From the NCBI GenBank assembly GCA_029856145.1, contig JAHQWK010000026.1, forward strand, positions 27,628 to 91,627: a stretch of DNA of 64,000 bases. The letters run 5' to 3'. A program made the translations under genes and the position numbers. The notes beneath the pieces are model-generated. The model made no database searches and was not told the DNA's origin. It was given only the letters and a program-made list of their open reading frames with translations. This DNA comes from Promethearchaeia archaeon (lineage in GTDB: Archaea > Asgardarchaeota > Lokiarchaeia > Sigyniarchaeales > SOKP01). Below are positions 40,967 through 50,971 of the stretch, one piece after another (position 1 is the stretch's first letter; each line of letters begins with the position of its first letter).

Positions 40967-40974
40967 TTTAAATA
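40967..40974 (+). promoter_or_regulatory. TATA box for the putative ncRNA
   Basis: TTTAAATA about 23 nt upstream of the first stem (40997). Confidence 0.45.
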
Positions 40975-40996
40975 TGAATCCTTCAAAGTATATATT

Positions 40997-41343
40997 GTTC
41001 ATTCCTAACGGTTTGAACGTCGAGAAGAGGTATTGTTACCTCAATGCATTGGCACCGTAAGGTAATCAGTAGCGATATGAAAAGAGATTATGTGTAAAAG
41101 CATAATTCGAACTAAAATATAGGCCATTAGGTTTATATTCGGTGTTCGATCTGGCTAGTTCGCAAGAATTAGTAAGGTTATCAAACGATAACACTATTCA
41201 AAGAATAAGAAATTATTTTATGTATGGTATTTCTCTTCATGACGTAAATTGATTCAATGTTTTGTAAATTTTTCCACGAAAGTGAAAAAAAAATAATACC
41301 GTTTGCATGCGAAAACCTTCAGGTATTCATTTGCAACTTCTCG
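40997..41343 (+). ncRNA. Large structured non-coding RNA of unknown class
   Basis: No ORF; nested stems closed by CGAGAAG/CTTCTCG; GNRA hairpins ACC-GTAA-GGT, CTAGTTC-GCAA-GAATTAG, CAC-GAAA-GTG; see findings. Confidence 0.7.
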
Positions 41344-41502
41344 TCCCTTCTTTCTTAATAACTTTTAAATTCAAACTTAGTTTTTGTGAAAGATTCACTA
41401 AATAAAATTAAAAAAAAATCAGCCTTTTTCTTTCTTTAGTAGCTTTAAAGAAAATATATATTTCTTAAGTAAGTATGTAAAGAAAAAATTTAAAACTAGA
41501 AC

Positions 41503-41694
41503 TCAGAATACTATATTTTTACTTCTCCATAATTTTACAAATTTTCTGAAGTCTTCAACAGAGATTCCTAAGTCATTATGTTCTTTCTTAGTCTTCTTCT
41601 TTTTTTTGATATGTGTCGGTTTGGATTTTACACTTAATTCCCAATCATAATAAGAATCTGGACTAGTCACAAGAAGAAGATTGAAACTATTCAA
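41503..41694 (-). pseudogene. Short ORF or gene remnant
   Basis: 63-aa ORF with weak TTG start; no recognisable domain. Confidence 0.3.
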
Positions 41695-41768
41695 TATAAG
41701 TTGAAGGAGTCCGACAAATTTTAGATAAATATATAGTAAAGAGTCCTGAAGAAAAAAAAATAACCTTT

Positions 41769-42248
41769 CTATTCGATCTCAATTCCACAACTGGGACATA
41801 TTTTAGCACTTTCTTCTATCTGTTTTCCACAATAAGAGCAATATTTAATGTTAAGTCCCTGAATCACATTAGGGTCCATAATTTTTTCCTGTTTTGAGGT
41901 TTTTCCATAAGTGTTTAAGAGTGAAAATAAATGAGAAAAAAGACCATTATACCAAGATTGTTTTAATTTTTCAACTCTAAATATATTTCGAGCAAGTGGT
42001 GTCGCTTCAACTCTAATTAATGTTTGGTTTCCTTCCAATGTATAAAAATTTATTAGAATTCTCTTTTTCCAATTTGGATCATGACCGGTGTTAGTCATCA
42101 TTGTTCCTTGTTTCGCCTTAATAAATATAGGTGGTGTTGATGTTTTAATTTTTGCTTTATATTGACCATTTAACCATTGTATTGTTAGATCAAATGCCTT
42201 ATGAGGATCTATTTGAACTTTTTCCTCATAAATTACATTTACTTTCAT
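41769..42248 (-). CDS. Protein with C-terminal zinc ribbon
   Basis: YCSYCG...KICPSCG. Confidence 0.8.
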   Translation of the reverse strand: MKVNVIYEEKVQIDPHKAFDLTIQWLNGQYKAKIKTSTPPIFIKAKQGTMMTNTGHDPNWKKRILINFYTLEGNQTLIRVEATPLARNIFRVEKLKQSWYNGLFSHLFSLLNTYGKTSKQEKIMDPNVIQGLNIKYCSYCGKQIEESAKICPSCGIEIE

Positions 42249-42488
42249 AATTAATTTGTAATTCGTATTCTAAATTAAATTACCCATTTCTGTGATCTAT
42301 AAATTAATCAATAAGACTATGATAAACTTAAATATAAAACCAAGGAAGTCCTCCAAAGACAGTGACAAACATTAATGTTACTCGTAGTATAATTCCTGGA
42401 AGAATATTTTTAGGTTTGGGACTTAAAAAAGCTATTAAAGCTTGTTGAAAAAATATTAATAAATAATCTATTGGAGAATAATAAACTA

Positions 42489-44222
42489 TTATCTTCTTTC
42501 TCGAACAATTGGAAACATTTTATTAAAAAACAGAGTACCAAATATGATGCTTACAATATTTGTAATCCCATAAAATATTGCAATAAGAGTTAATTGCTGG
42601 TAAATAAAGAACATAAGGATAAAAGATAAGAGCCAAAAACTAATGATATATTGGATGCAAACTATTAATGTCCATTTAAAAATTCTCTTCTGTGGATTAA
42701 TATCACCAATTACATAACGCTTTCCAAATTTATTAAAAAAGTAAATTTTTAATTCATAGGTTAAAATAAGTAGGAACCACACAAAGGGAGTAGCTATTAA
42801 GGAAGCAAAAAAGAAAATAGGAAATTTTGGAGTTAAAAAATACATAAAAGAAGGAGAAAATAGAGCTATAGTCTGTAATGTTATCATTAGTATTAGTTTT
42901 GCTTTAACCCTATCTCGAGGTATTATTGGCAGTGCTGCTAATACAGCTTCTCCTGAAACGTCAATATTAGATATCCCATATACTAGCATACTAGAGATTA
43001 TAGGGAAAAAGAATAATATACCTAAACAATAGAATATAGTATCTCTTACTATCCAGATTGGAGTAGAACCAATCCCGACATTATATGAGAATATGAAAAT
43101 ACATGATAGTATTATAGGCATAACTAATGATAGAAAGACTTTAATATCATGTGAAGCTACAGAAAGATCTTTACGTAAAAATGCACTTACAGAAGTACGA
43201 GTTTTTATTTTAACTTGAATTTCATCTTTTACATATATTTGTTGAGTATTTATTGAACTTGAGTTTGTGATTTTAGAAAGTACTTTTGATGTTTTCATGT
43301 GGATTGTATAAGTTATTAGAAGAAAAAGTCCTAATCCAACAAATGTACTAGTCCACAGGTTAAAAGAAATTTGAGAAGGAGTAATTACTAAAGATAATAT
43401 ATAACTGGGGTTAAATGGATAAGGAAGAGTACTAAGGATTACATTAGTTAATGAAGCGTGTTCATAAAAACGAATAAATTCAAAAATATCACTTATAGAA
43501 CCTAATACCCACTGGATAATATATATACTACTAAGAATCACAGCGATATAACTAAATATATTGAGTAACCTAATCATAAGGGCTTTTTTTGAATTAGTTC
43601 TATTAGAATATAAAACTCTGTGGAGTCTTTCTCCTAATAAAATAAGTAGATCGAAAGAAAACACAATATTTACAACTGAGATACCGAGGCTAACAATGAA
43701 AACCAATATGTTTTGTGTTTGAATTAACAATGTAATTGGAAATCCAAATACAATAAATATAATAGGAATATCAAAAGTTCGAAAAATTGTTAAATAAGCT
43801 AATTTCTTTAATCTATCTCTTGAGATAGGCAGAGTTTCAAACCACCTAAAAATCAGTCCTGACATTACCATACTAGATTCCAATATTCCCATAAGAAAAA
43901 AATTAAAAAACTGCAAAACAAAATACAATCCAAAAAATATAATACCCGTTAATGTAGTATTCTCCATTGAAAGTGGATACAAATTAAGACTTTGAATGAT
44001 TTCTAAATAAGTTAAAATCAGAAGTATTGGTAAAATCCCAAAAATTACAGAATAGAGTAATTTAGTTGCAATAACTTTGACTTTAAAAGTTCTCCGTCTT
44101 TTTTTATATCTTTCTAAAAATAATGATTGATATGAGCCTTTAGCTTGAAGTAATGATTCTAAGAGAAGCTCTCGATTAGCATATTTTGCAATAGTATAGA
44201 GACTTAAACTTTTTTCTGTCAT
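42489..44222 (-). CDS. Polytopic membrane protein, ABC-2/exporter permease-like
   Basis: About 12 TM in two halves, each with LPI (ETLPISR, AALPIIP); AFLRKDL motif. Confidence 0.7.
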   Translation of the reverse strand: MTEKSLSLYTIAKYANRELLLESLLQAKGSYQSLFLERYKKRRRTFKVKVIATKLLYSVIFGILPILLILTYLEIIQSLNLYPLSMENTTLTGIIFFGLYFVLQFFNFFLMGILESSMVMSGLIFRWFETLPISRDRLKKLAYLTIFRTFDIPIIFIVFGFPITLLIQTQNILVFIVSLGISVVNIVFSFDLLILLGERLHRVLYSNRTNSKKALMIRLLNIFSYIAVILSSIYIIQWVLGSISDIFEFIRFYEHASLTNVILSTLPYPFNPSYILSLVITPSQISFNLWTSTFVGLGLFLLITYTIHMKTSKVLSKITNSSSINTQQIYVKDEIQVKIKTRTSVSAFLRKDLSVASHDIKVFLSLVMPIILSCIFIFSYNVGIGSTPIWIVRDTIFYCLGILFFFPIISSMLVYGISNIDVSGEAVLAALPIIPRDRVKAKLILMITLQTIALFSPSFMYFLTPKFPIFFFASLIATPFVWFLLILTYELKIYFFNKFGKRYVIGDINPQKRIFKWTLIVCIQYIISFWLLSFILMFFIYQQLTLIAIFYGITNIVSIIFGTLFFNKMFPIVRERR

Positions 44223-44595
44223 TTAATTCTTTTTTATTTATTTCAATTTCTACTTAGAACTCTCAGTATTTCTTATAGTACTTTAATGATAGCATATTTA
44301 TTATAATATTATTGTTTAAGATATACAACAAGTTAGCATTATTTTTAAATGGAATATCTGAGTTCAATATATATCTTTAATATCTATGGGAATTTAGCTC
44401 TTTTTATGAATATCTCAGCTAAAAATTATTTGCATTCTTTTAGAGTAAAATCTCATACCTTTGATGATTAGTAAAATTAAAAATGTTAGTGAATAAATTA
44501 AAATCATTATCTATAAAAGATTTTAAATCTAAGATTGGTAACACATTAAAATAGCTACAAAAAAATGTAAAAGATAAGTGTTAAATAGAAAATTA

Positions 44596-45978
44596 TCAAA
44601 AACTTATATTTTCTTCATATTTAAATATTTCTTCATCATTAGGAATTAATATAACAAAATCACTACCTTTTGAGTAATCATCTGAGACTCTATTCTCTAC
44701 CCAAATTTGTCCATCATAGCTATCTATTATGCTTTTTACAAGAGATAACCCCAATCCCATACCACTAACACTTCTTATTTCATTATAGGCTCTTTCGAAT
44801 ATTTTTTCTTTCCTGATATTATCAATTCCAACTCCATTATCGATAAATTCTAGTTTTAAAAAACATTTTCCATTTTGCAACACACTTGAAGTTTTAATAA
44901 TAATTTCTATTACGGAATTTTCATTATATTTCACAGCATTAGTTAGGATGTTTACAAAAATATCATTTAAGAGCTCATTTGCTCGCACATATAATTTATC
45001 ATTAATTAAATCCATCTGAAGATTAATATTTTTTGCAGGATAAGATTTCTTTAATGTTCTTACAGATTTCTTCAATATTCTTATAAGTTCAATTCTTTGA
45101 ATAGATTTTTTAATCTCCTCAAGTTTAGATAGTTTACGTACATTAGAAATTAATTTAGAACCTATTATTACTTGATTTTTAATTATTGATAAAAATTCTG
45201 TTATCTTCATCTCAGAATTTGGTTTATTCAAGTAAAGATTACTCAATTCTGTTGATGATAAAATATTTTGTAGGATATTATTAAAATCATGAGCAAATAG
45301 ATCCTTATAAAATTCAGCTCGATTAAAAGCATCCTTAAAATCATTTTCAATTTTCTTAAGTTCTGTAATATCTTTGATATATTCAATGATACTCCTAACA
45401 TTATTATTTTCATCCATTAAGGGAAAAGTAGATACATAAATCCAACCTTTTATATCATTTTCTGATGGGTAGGGTACAATTTCTGTATGCATTTTACCTG
45501 TGTTGATAGTTTTAATGCTTGGACACCAAGGACATTTAGATATTCTTTTTTGATAAACAGAATAACATTTTTTGCCTATCAAAGGACTATCTAACTCATA
45601 CATTTTCTCCATCCAATGATTTGCCTGAATAATATTTAAATCGAGATCGAGAATACTTATTCCATCTTGAATACTATCGAAAATATTGTTGATGAATTTA
45701 TTTTTTTCTTCTAATTCATCGATTAATTTATTTCTATTTCGATAATAATAATGTGTAATTACACCAAAGAATAATAGGAAAGAACAAGCAATTGAACGCA
45801 TCCATAATTCATGAGGATCAATTGTAAAAAGATGTTCTAAAAATGTATCTTCAATCTCAAAAAGACTTGTATGCAATAATGCCTCAATTATCCAGAAAGA
45901 AATGCATAATAAAACGCCAATAAGAATGAAACTGTAAGAGAGGATAAATTTCTTTAGATGGTTAAAATTTAACGTCAT
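44596..45978 (-). CDS. Membrane PAS-domain sensor histidine kinase
   Basis: 2 TM, PAS with CY...CPWCP, H-box AHDFNN, NILTNAVKY, DNGVG, GMGLGL. Confidence 0.93.
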   Translation of the reverse strand: MTLNFNHLKKFILSYSFILIGVLLCISFWIIEALLHTSLFEIEDTFLEHLFTIDPHELWMRSIACSFLLFFGVITHYYYRNRNKLIDELEEKNKFINNIFDSIQDGISILDLDLNIIQANHWMEKMYELDSPLIGKKCYSVYQKRISKCPWCPSIKTINTGKMHTEIVPYPSENDIKGWIYVSTFPLMDENNNVRSIIEYIKDITELKKIENDFKDAFNRAEFYKDLFAHDFNNILQNILSSTELSNLYLNKPNSEMKITEFLSIIKNQVIIGSKLISNVRKLSKLEEIKKSIQRIELIRILKKSVRTLKKSYPAKNINLQMDLINDKLYVRANELLNDIFVNILTNAVKYNENSVIEIIIKTSSVLQNGKCFLKLEFIDNGVGIDNIRKEKIFERAYNEIRSVSGMGLGLSLVKSIIDSYDGQIWVENRVSDDYSKGSDFVILIPNDEEIFKYEENISF

Positions 45979-46175
45979 TGCTTAAAATTCTACGTTAAGT
46001 AATTATTCCTATACGTTTATAATTATGAAAGATTTTTCTTTTAAACTTTGTTGTAAAAATAGGTTTTAAAAATTAAATCTCCAAGTTTAACCCCAAATAT
46101 TTGTTAATTTTAAAAATTTCATATTTATACTTATTTAACTTAGAATAAAAAATAAAAAGAAAAAATCAGAGCGAA

Positions 46176-47462
46176 TTATTTACGAATTGGTGGTTTTATT
46201 AAAAATGCTAAAACAATAGCTCCTATTGATAAATATGCCATTATAATAAATAGTACTAAGTAGCTCCCAAAAACTGTAACAAATAGATTTACACCAACAG
46301 CACCTATAAAGCCTGCAATCCCATAAGCAGTGAACACCATCCCATAATTAGGACCTATATTTTTCGAACCAAATAAATCCGCAGTAGCAGTTGGAAATAA
46401 ACTAAAATTACCCCCAAAACAGAAATAAATTGCACATGTTATTATCAAAAAATAAACCTCGTTAAAGTTTGTAGTAAAGTAAAGAAGCAATAGAATTGCT
46501 TGAGTTGAGAACATTATTAACATTGCTTTCTGGTATGTTATTAAATCAGCCATCTTACCCCATACAATTCTTCCTAGACCATTAAACAGTGCTGCTAAGC
46601 TTCCTATTAGTACAAAATCAGCGATCCCAATAACATATATGAAATTTTCGCTTACATCAACTGTTTTTGCGAAAGAAGCATATGAACCAATTACCATTAA
46701 CCCAGACATGGCACTTAAGATAAAAGTAGCCCAAAGCATCCAAAATTGAGGGAGTTTTATTGTTTGCTTTCGTTCAAATTCAAGTCCAGAAATTCCACTT
46801 TCCTCTGAGGGTGGTGGTGGAACCCAACCTTCTGGTGTCCAACCTTCAGGAGGATTACTTAATGTCATTGCGCCTCCAACTATAAGAACTAAATATATAA
46901 TTCCAAGTATAATAAACATTAGAGGTATGTTTGGGGATATTGTTGATACAAAATTAGGATGGTCAGTCTCCAGACCTGTTGGGTTTGCAAGTGCTTTTAT
47001 TACGTAATTGAATATAAAAGATCCTGCTCCAAATCCCGCTACGGCAATTCCATTTATGAATCCTTTTTTGTCTGGAAACCATTTACTTGCCGAAGCTATA
47101 GGACAGACATAACCAAACCCTATACCTGCTCCAAAGATGACACCATATGTAATTAGTAATCCAATAAATGTAGTCATAAATGCTGATATAATTACACCTC
47201 CACCCATTAAGATTCCTCCAAGGATAGCAATATTTCTTGGACCATATTTTTGTTGTAATTTTCCCGCAAAAACCATTGTAATAGCAAATGACAATAGTCC
47301 CATACCAAAGATATACACTGTTAATTCCCTGATCTCATTTAAATATGGACTGATAAAAATAGTAAGTGTTCCCCAAGAATATATTGTACCTAATGCCAGT
47401 TGGATCATAATAGCGCCAATGACAATAATCCAACGATTTCTAATTTTTTGTTCCTCAGACAT
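46176..47462 (-). CDS. MFS transporter, oxalate/formate antiporter (OFA) family
   Basis: LGTIYSW, GIGFGY, KWFPDKKG, NGLGRI.WG, GGNFSLFP, NYG. Confidence 0.92.
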   Translation of the reverse strand: MSEEQKIRNRWIIVIGAIMIQLALGTIYSWGTLTIFISPYLNEIRELTVYIFGMGLLSFAITMVFAGKLQQKYGPRNIAILGGILMGGGVIISAFMTTFIGLLITYGVIFGAGIGFGYVCPIASASKWFPDKKGFINGIAVAGFGAGSFIFNYVIKALANPTGLETDHPNFVSTISPNIPLMFIILGIIYLVLIVGGAMTLSNPPEGWTPEGWVPPPPSEESGISGLEFERKQTIKLPQFWMLWATFILSAMSGLMVIGSYASFAKTVDVSENFIYVIGIADFVLIGSLAALFNGLGRIVWGKMADLITYQKAMLIMFSTQAILLLLYFTTNFNEVYFLIITCAIYFCFGGNFSLFPTATADLFGSKNIGPNYGMVFTAYGIAGFIGAVGVNLFVTVFGSYLVLFIIMAYLSIGAIVLAFLIKPPIRK

Positions 47463-47665
47463 TTTTCATTTCACTATGATAATTATATAAGTTTTAAAAT
47501 TTTTTGATGGATAAAAACATTCTTTTAATATTTTAAAAATCGTTAAGCAAAGCTTCTTATCGGATTTATACAAAAACGTGAATTTTTTGAGGTTTTTATA
47601 AAAAAATTAATTAACATATTGTATATTAACAAGTTTTATATCAAAAGGATATTCGTGAATTTCAT

Positions 47666-48679
47666 ATGAGATTTATATCTGGCTTAAAGAATTTATCAAG
47701 AAAGACACTTTTATTAATCATATTAGTTCTTTTTCTCATTTCTTGGTTTTTGTTTGTAATTGGGTTCGATCTTTTTTCAAATATTGAATTTAGCAGGTAC
47801 TTTTTATATTTTCTCGGAATATTAGCAGGATTTACATTAATTTTATTTATAATATCATTTATAAAACCCATTGATAAAATGGGTATAGTTATTATAATTA
47901 TAGCAGCAATTTTGACGTTACCTGTTATGTGGCTTTTTAGCTGGATTATAAATTTCTTTTATATTTTCTGTTTTCTTGCAAATGCAGCTGTAACTGCTTT
48001 TTTTGCCTATAAATTTGGAATGGATACTTCAATAACGGTTGACGATTATTTGTATAAAAAAAAGCGCTCTAGAATATTCACACGGATAATAGAATTCTTG
48101 ATCTTTTTATTTCTCTGTTGGCTGTTTATTTCAATAACTATTCGATTTTTCAGAGAGTATCCTATTATAGGGGGTGATAATTTTGCTAGAGTTTTTGTTA
48201 ATCTCTTTTGGGTGGATCTAGTCTTAATAATTATAGTATTACTGAAATTGATCTTTACAAAAAAATTAGCAGCTTATATTACATTTTTCGAGGTCATAAT
48301 TTTCTTTTACGTTCTTTATCTTGTAATTGATCTTTGGTTAGAATTCATCCTTCTTGATAGTGCGGGATATGATATTTTGTCATTTTCTATTGATTTGCTT
48401 TTATTCATATATGTTATCGGGTCAATCTATGACAGAGTTGATTATATAAACGAAAAACTTAAAATATTTAGAGCAGATACAATAGCATTATTTGTCATCT
48501 TAATGAAACTAATAGTTCAGATTACCAGCATTATACAAGAATTATATTTACCCTATATCCCTGCAATAATACTTCAACAAATAATATTTCAGGTACTAGT
48601 GTTATGGTTTTTCTTTATTATCTTTACTATTATAATCGGGATATACACTATTTTTAAACATAAAGAAGGTAGTTCCTAA
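47666..48679 (+). CDS. Polytopic membrane protein
   Basis: About 10 hydrophobic segments. Confidence 0.75.
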   Translation: MRFISGLKNLSRKTLLLIILVLFLISWFLFVIGFDLFSNIEFSRYFLYFLGILAGFTLILFIISFIKPIDKMGIVIIIIAAILTLPVMWLFSWIINFFYIFCFLANAAVTAFFAYKFGMDTSITVDDYLYKKKRSRIFTRIIEFLIFLFLCWLFISITIRFFREYPIIGGDNFARVFVNLFWVDLVLIIIVLLKLIFTKKLAAYITFFEVIIFFYVLYLVIDLWLEFILLDSAGYDILSFSIDLLLFIYVIGSIYDRVDYINEKLKIFRADTIALFVILMKLIVQITSIIQELYLPYIPAIILQQIIFQVLVLWFFFIIFTIIIGIYTIFKHKEGSS

Positions 48680-48774
48680 AGCAAAGATCGTTGAATTTTC
48701 ACTCAGTTAATATTTTTAGGAAATAATTCCTAATAACATATAATATGAATTAAATTGATTTAGAAATCAAAATT

Positions 48775-48996
48775 ATGAGAAAAGATATTAAGAAATTACT
48801 AATTATTATTTTCAGTATAATCGGCTTAGCGGCAATAATTACTGTTGTTACTTTAGTTTTTATCAATGCTGGAACTAATGGTGGTGGAGGATGAGGTTGT
48901 GTGATAATTAACTTTCAAATATTCGATTCTACGATAAATCGTTTAATAAATCCTATTTTCGAGCAATTACAGAATTTTGCAATATTTTCAATATAA
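48775..48996 (+). CDS. Single-TM micro-protein: 39 aa to the TGA at 48892, or 73 aa if that TGA is selenocysteine
   Basis: MRKDIKKLLIIIFSIIGLAAIITVVTLVFINAGTNGGGG-TGA-GCVIINFQIFDSTINRLINPIFEQLQNFAIFSI-TAA. Confidence 0.5.
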
Positions 48997-48999
48997 TAA

Positions 49000-49066
49000 T
49001 CCGAATGAAATGATTCTTGTTAATAAATGTGAGTAGCAAGTTGATCCGTCTAGCAAAGGCTTCGGA
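49000..49066 (+). promoter_or_regulatory. SECIS-like / K-turn RNA element
   Basis: ATGAT(49010)...TGAT(49042) core, CTTGTTA/TAGCAAG helix, AAA at 49025, closing TCCGAA/TTCGGA. Confidence 0.45.
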
Positions 49067-49138
49067 AAAAAGAACAAAAATGAGTTATTATAAAAGATAA
49101 TATAAAATTTTATTATTTAGATTAATTTAGGGGTACTT

Positions 49139-49291
49139 ATGCTTAAAGCAATATTATCAGTAAATGAGAAAAAGATTCCATTGAAAGATTTTATGCAAGA
49201 GATGCTAACGAACATTATCTTAGGTTATATAAAATCAACAAAAGGGACTCCTGAACATATAGAAAAGATTACAATTGAAATTAATTTATAA
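49139..49291 (+). CDS. Small protein resembling the archaeal MobB C-terminal domain (50 aa)
   Basis: MLKAILSVNEKKIPLKDFMQEMLTNIILGYIKSTKGTPEHIEKITIEINL*; AGGGG SD-like. Confidence 0.55.
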   Translation: MLKAILSVNEKKIPLKDFMQEMLTNIILGYIKSTKGTPEHIEKITIEINL

Positions 49292-49392
49292 TTCTTCCTT
49301 TTTTTCTGTGATTTAAAAGATTCTAAGATATTTTTTAAAAATTTATATTCCTTCTTAATTTTAATTAATTATCAATTCTACTACAAAGAATA

Positions 49393-50277
49393 ATGAAATT
49401 AGAACCAGAATGTATTGGTTGTCTCTTTAATCAAATGTTAAAGGCATTTAGATTACTCCAGCCAAACTATTCCCGAGAAATTATTATTAAAGCTCAGAAA
49501 GAACTCATGGAATATCTTATGAATTTCGATATAACTCAAAACGCAGCTCCCATCCTTGGAAAGGTAACATATAATATAATCTCAGATCTATTAAATAATG
49601 AAGATCCATATCATGATCTTAAAATTCAATATAATAGCCTAGTTCTGGAGTTTTTTGATGATATTATGAAAATAATTGAAGATGCAGAAGATCCTTTATC
49701 AAAAGCGATTTTGGCTTCAGCCCTTGGAAATACGATTGATTTTGCCAGCCAACACGAAATGGATGTTTTATCTGATCTAAAAAAATTTGCAATTGAAGAT
49801 TTAATTATAAATGATTATGTAGAATTTCAAAAATCGCTTGAAAATACAACACATTTGTTAATTATAGGAGATAATGCTGGAGAGATAGTTTTTGATAAAA
49901 TTTTGATTATAATTATTAAAAAGTATTACCCAGATTTAGAAATTGTTTATTCTGTGAGATCTAAACCCATTATCAATGATGCCACCCTTAAGGATGCCAG
50001 ATTCATTAATTTAACCGATTTAGTACAGGTTATTGAGTCAAATGATGCTCCTGGAATAATCTTATCTGAAACTACAGAAGATTTTAAAAACAACTTCCTT
50101 AAGAAGAATGGTGTGATTTTATCCAAAGGTCAAGGGAATTTTGAGAGTCTTTATGGTATGACAATTCCCCAAAAAGAAGTCTATTACTTATTAAAAGCAA
50201 AATGTAATTTAATGGAACGAATATTTGGGGTTAAACTTGGAGATTTAATTTTAAAAAAAAAAACTAAAGGATTTTAG
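49393..50277 (+). CDS. DUF89/ARMT1-like damage-control phosphatase
   Basis: ECIGC, DPY, GNTIDF, DNAGEIVFD, PIINDAT, KGQGNFESL, AKC. Confidence 0.92.
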   Translation: MKLEPECIGCLFNQMLKAFRLLQPNYSREIIIKAQKELMEYLMNFDITQNAAPILGKVTYNIISDLLNNEDPYHDLKIQYNSLVLEFFDDIMKIIEDAEDPLSKAILASALGNTIDFASQHEMDVLSDLKKFAIEDLIINDYVEFQKSLENTTHLLIIGDNAGEIVFDKILIIIIKKYYPDLEIVYSVRSKPIINDATLKDARFINLTDLVQVIESNDAPGIILSETTEDFKNNFLKKNGVILSKGQGNFESLYGMTIPQKEVYYLLKAKCNLMERIFGVKLGDLILKKKTKGF

Positions 50278-50762
50278 TTGGTTGATTTCGTTCTTAATTT
50301 TTTAATTGCATCAGTGAAAAACCCAAAATCTCCAATTTCGGATCCCTTTTGCGAATCTTTAATCCTATTAAAAAATTCTTCAATTTGTGTAAATAATATA
50401 TTTTTAAATGAAGTAAATTGACTAACTTCATTACAATCTTCATTAATTTCCCTACGATATAATGAATAGAACATATCTAATGATTTTTCTGCTTCTGCTC
50501 TTATGTCATGTTTAATGAACTCCTTATCAAGAATTGCTACAAAAATCAGATTGTATTTATATACTACAATCATTTCTACGTCAAGTCCTTTAATGTTAAT
50601 CTCTTCAATCTTCCCTAAGTTTTCTCCGAATAATCCTAATGCACCAACAAAAGAAGACAGTAATACTGGATTAATTTTCGTATCTAAAATAAGGTCAAGT
50701 AAATATTCACCTGACTCTTTACAAATAATTATCCCCTTTAGGAGCTTATAATCGTCAGTAAT
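50274..50762 (-). CDS. Longin-like domain protein; probable ATT start
   Basis: Track ORF extends in frame to (I)TDDYKLLKGIIICKESGEYLLDL...NPVLLSSFVGALGLFGENLGKIEEINIKGL; no ATG/GTG/TTG before the upstream TAG at 50802-50804. Confidence 0.75.
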   Translation of the reverse strand: MTDDYKLLKGIIICKESGEYLLDLILDTKINPVLLSSFVGALGLFGENLGKIEEINIKGLDVEMIVVYKYNLIFVAILDKEFIKHDIRAEAEKSLDMFYSLYRREINEDCNEVSQFTSFKNILFTQIEEFFNRIKDSQKGSEIGDFGFFTDAIKKLRTKSTN

Positions 50763-50971
50763 AATTATCCCTGTTATTAATCTAATTAATACTCTAAGTA
50801 ACTAAAAATAATTTTGTTTAATATAATCATCTAATTTATAATTTTAATAATAGGATATATTATCTGGACAATAGGGTTACAATCCGATTATCAAGTTTAT
50901 ACTGCTTCATTGATTCGTGACGGTGACACATACAACAAATAATTTTATTATTAAGAGAAAAAAGTATATTA

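Noticed and set aside
40997-41343. Group I intron (AATCAGTAGC resembles the Q element), RNase P or SRP RNA
   Set aside because: No convincing P7 GACU/AGUC pair, no interrupted host gene, no RNase P CR-I/CR-V or SRP helix-8 motif; left as an unknown ncRNA
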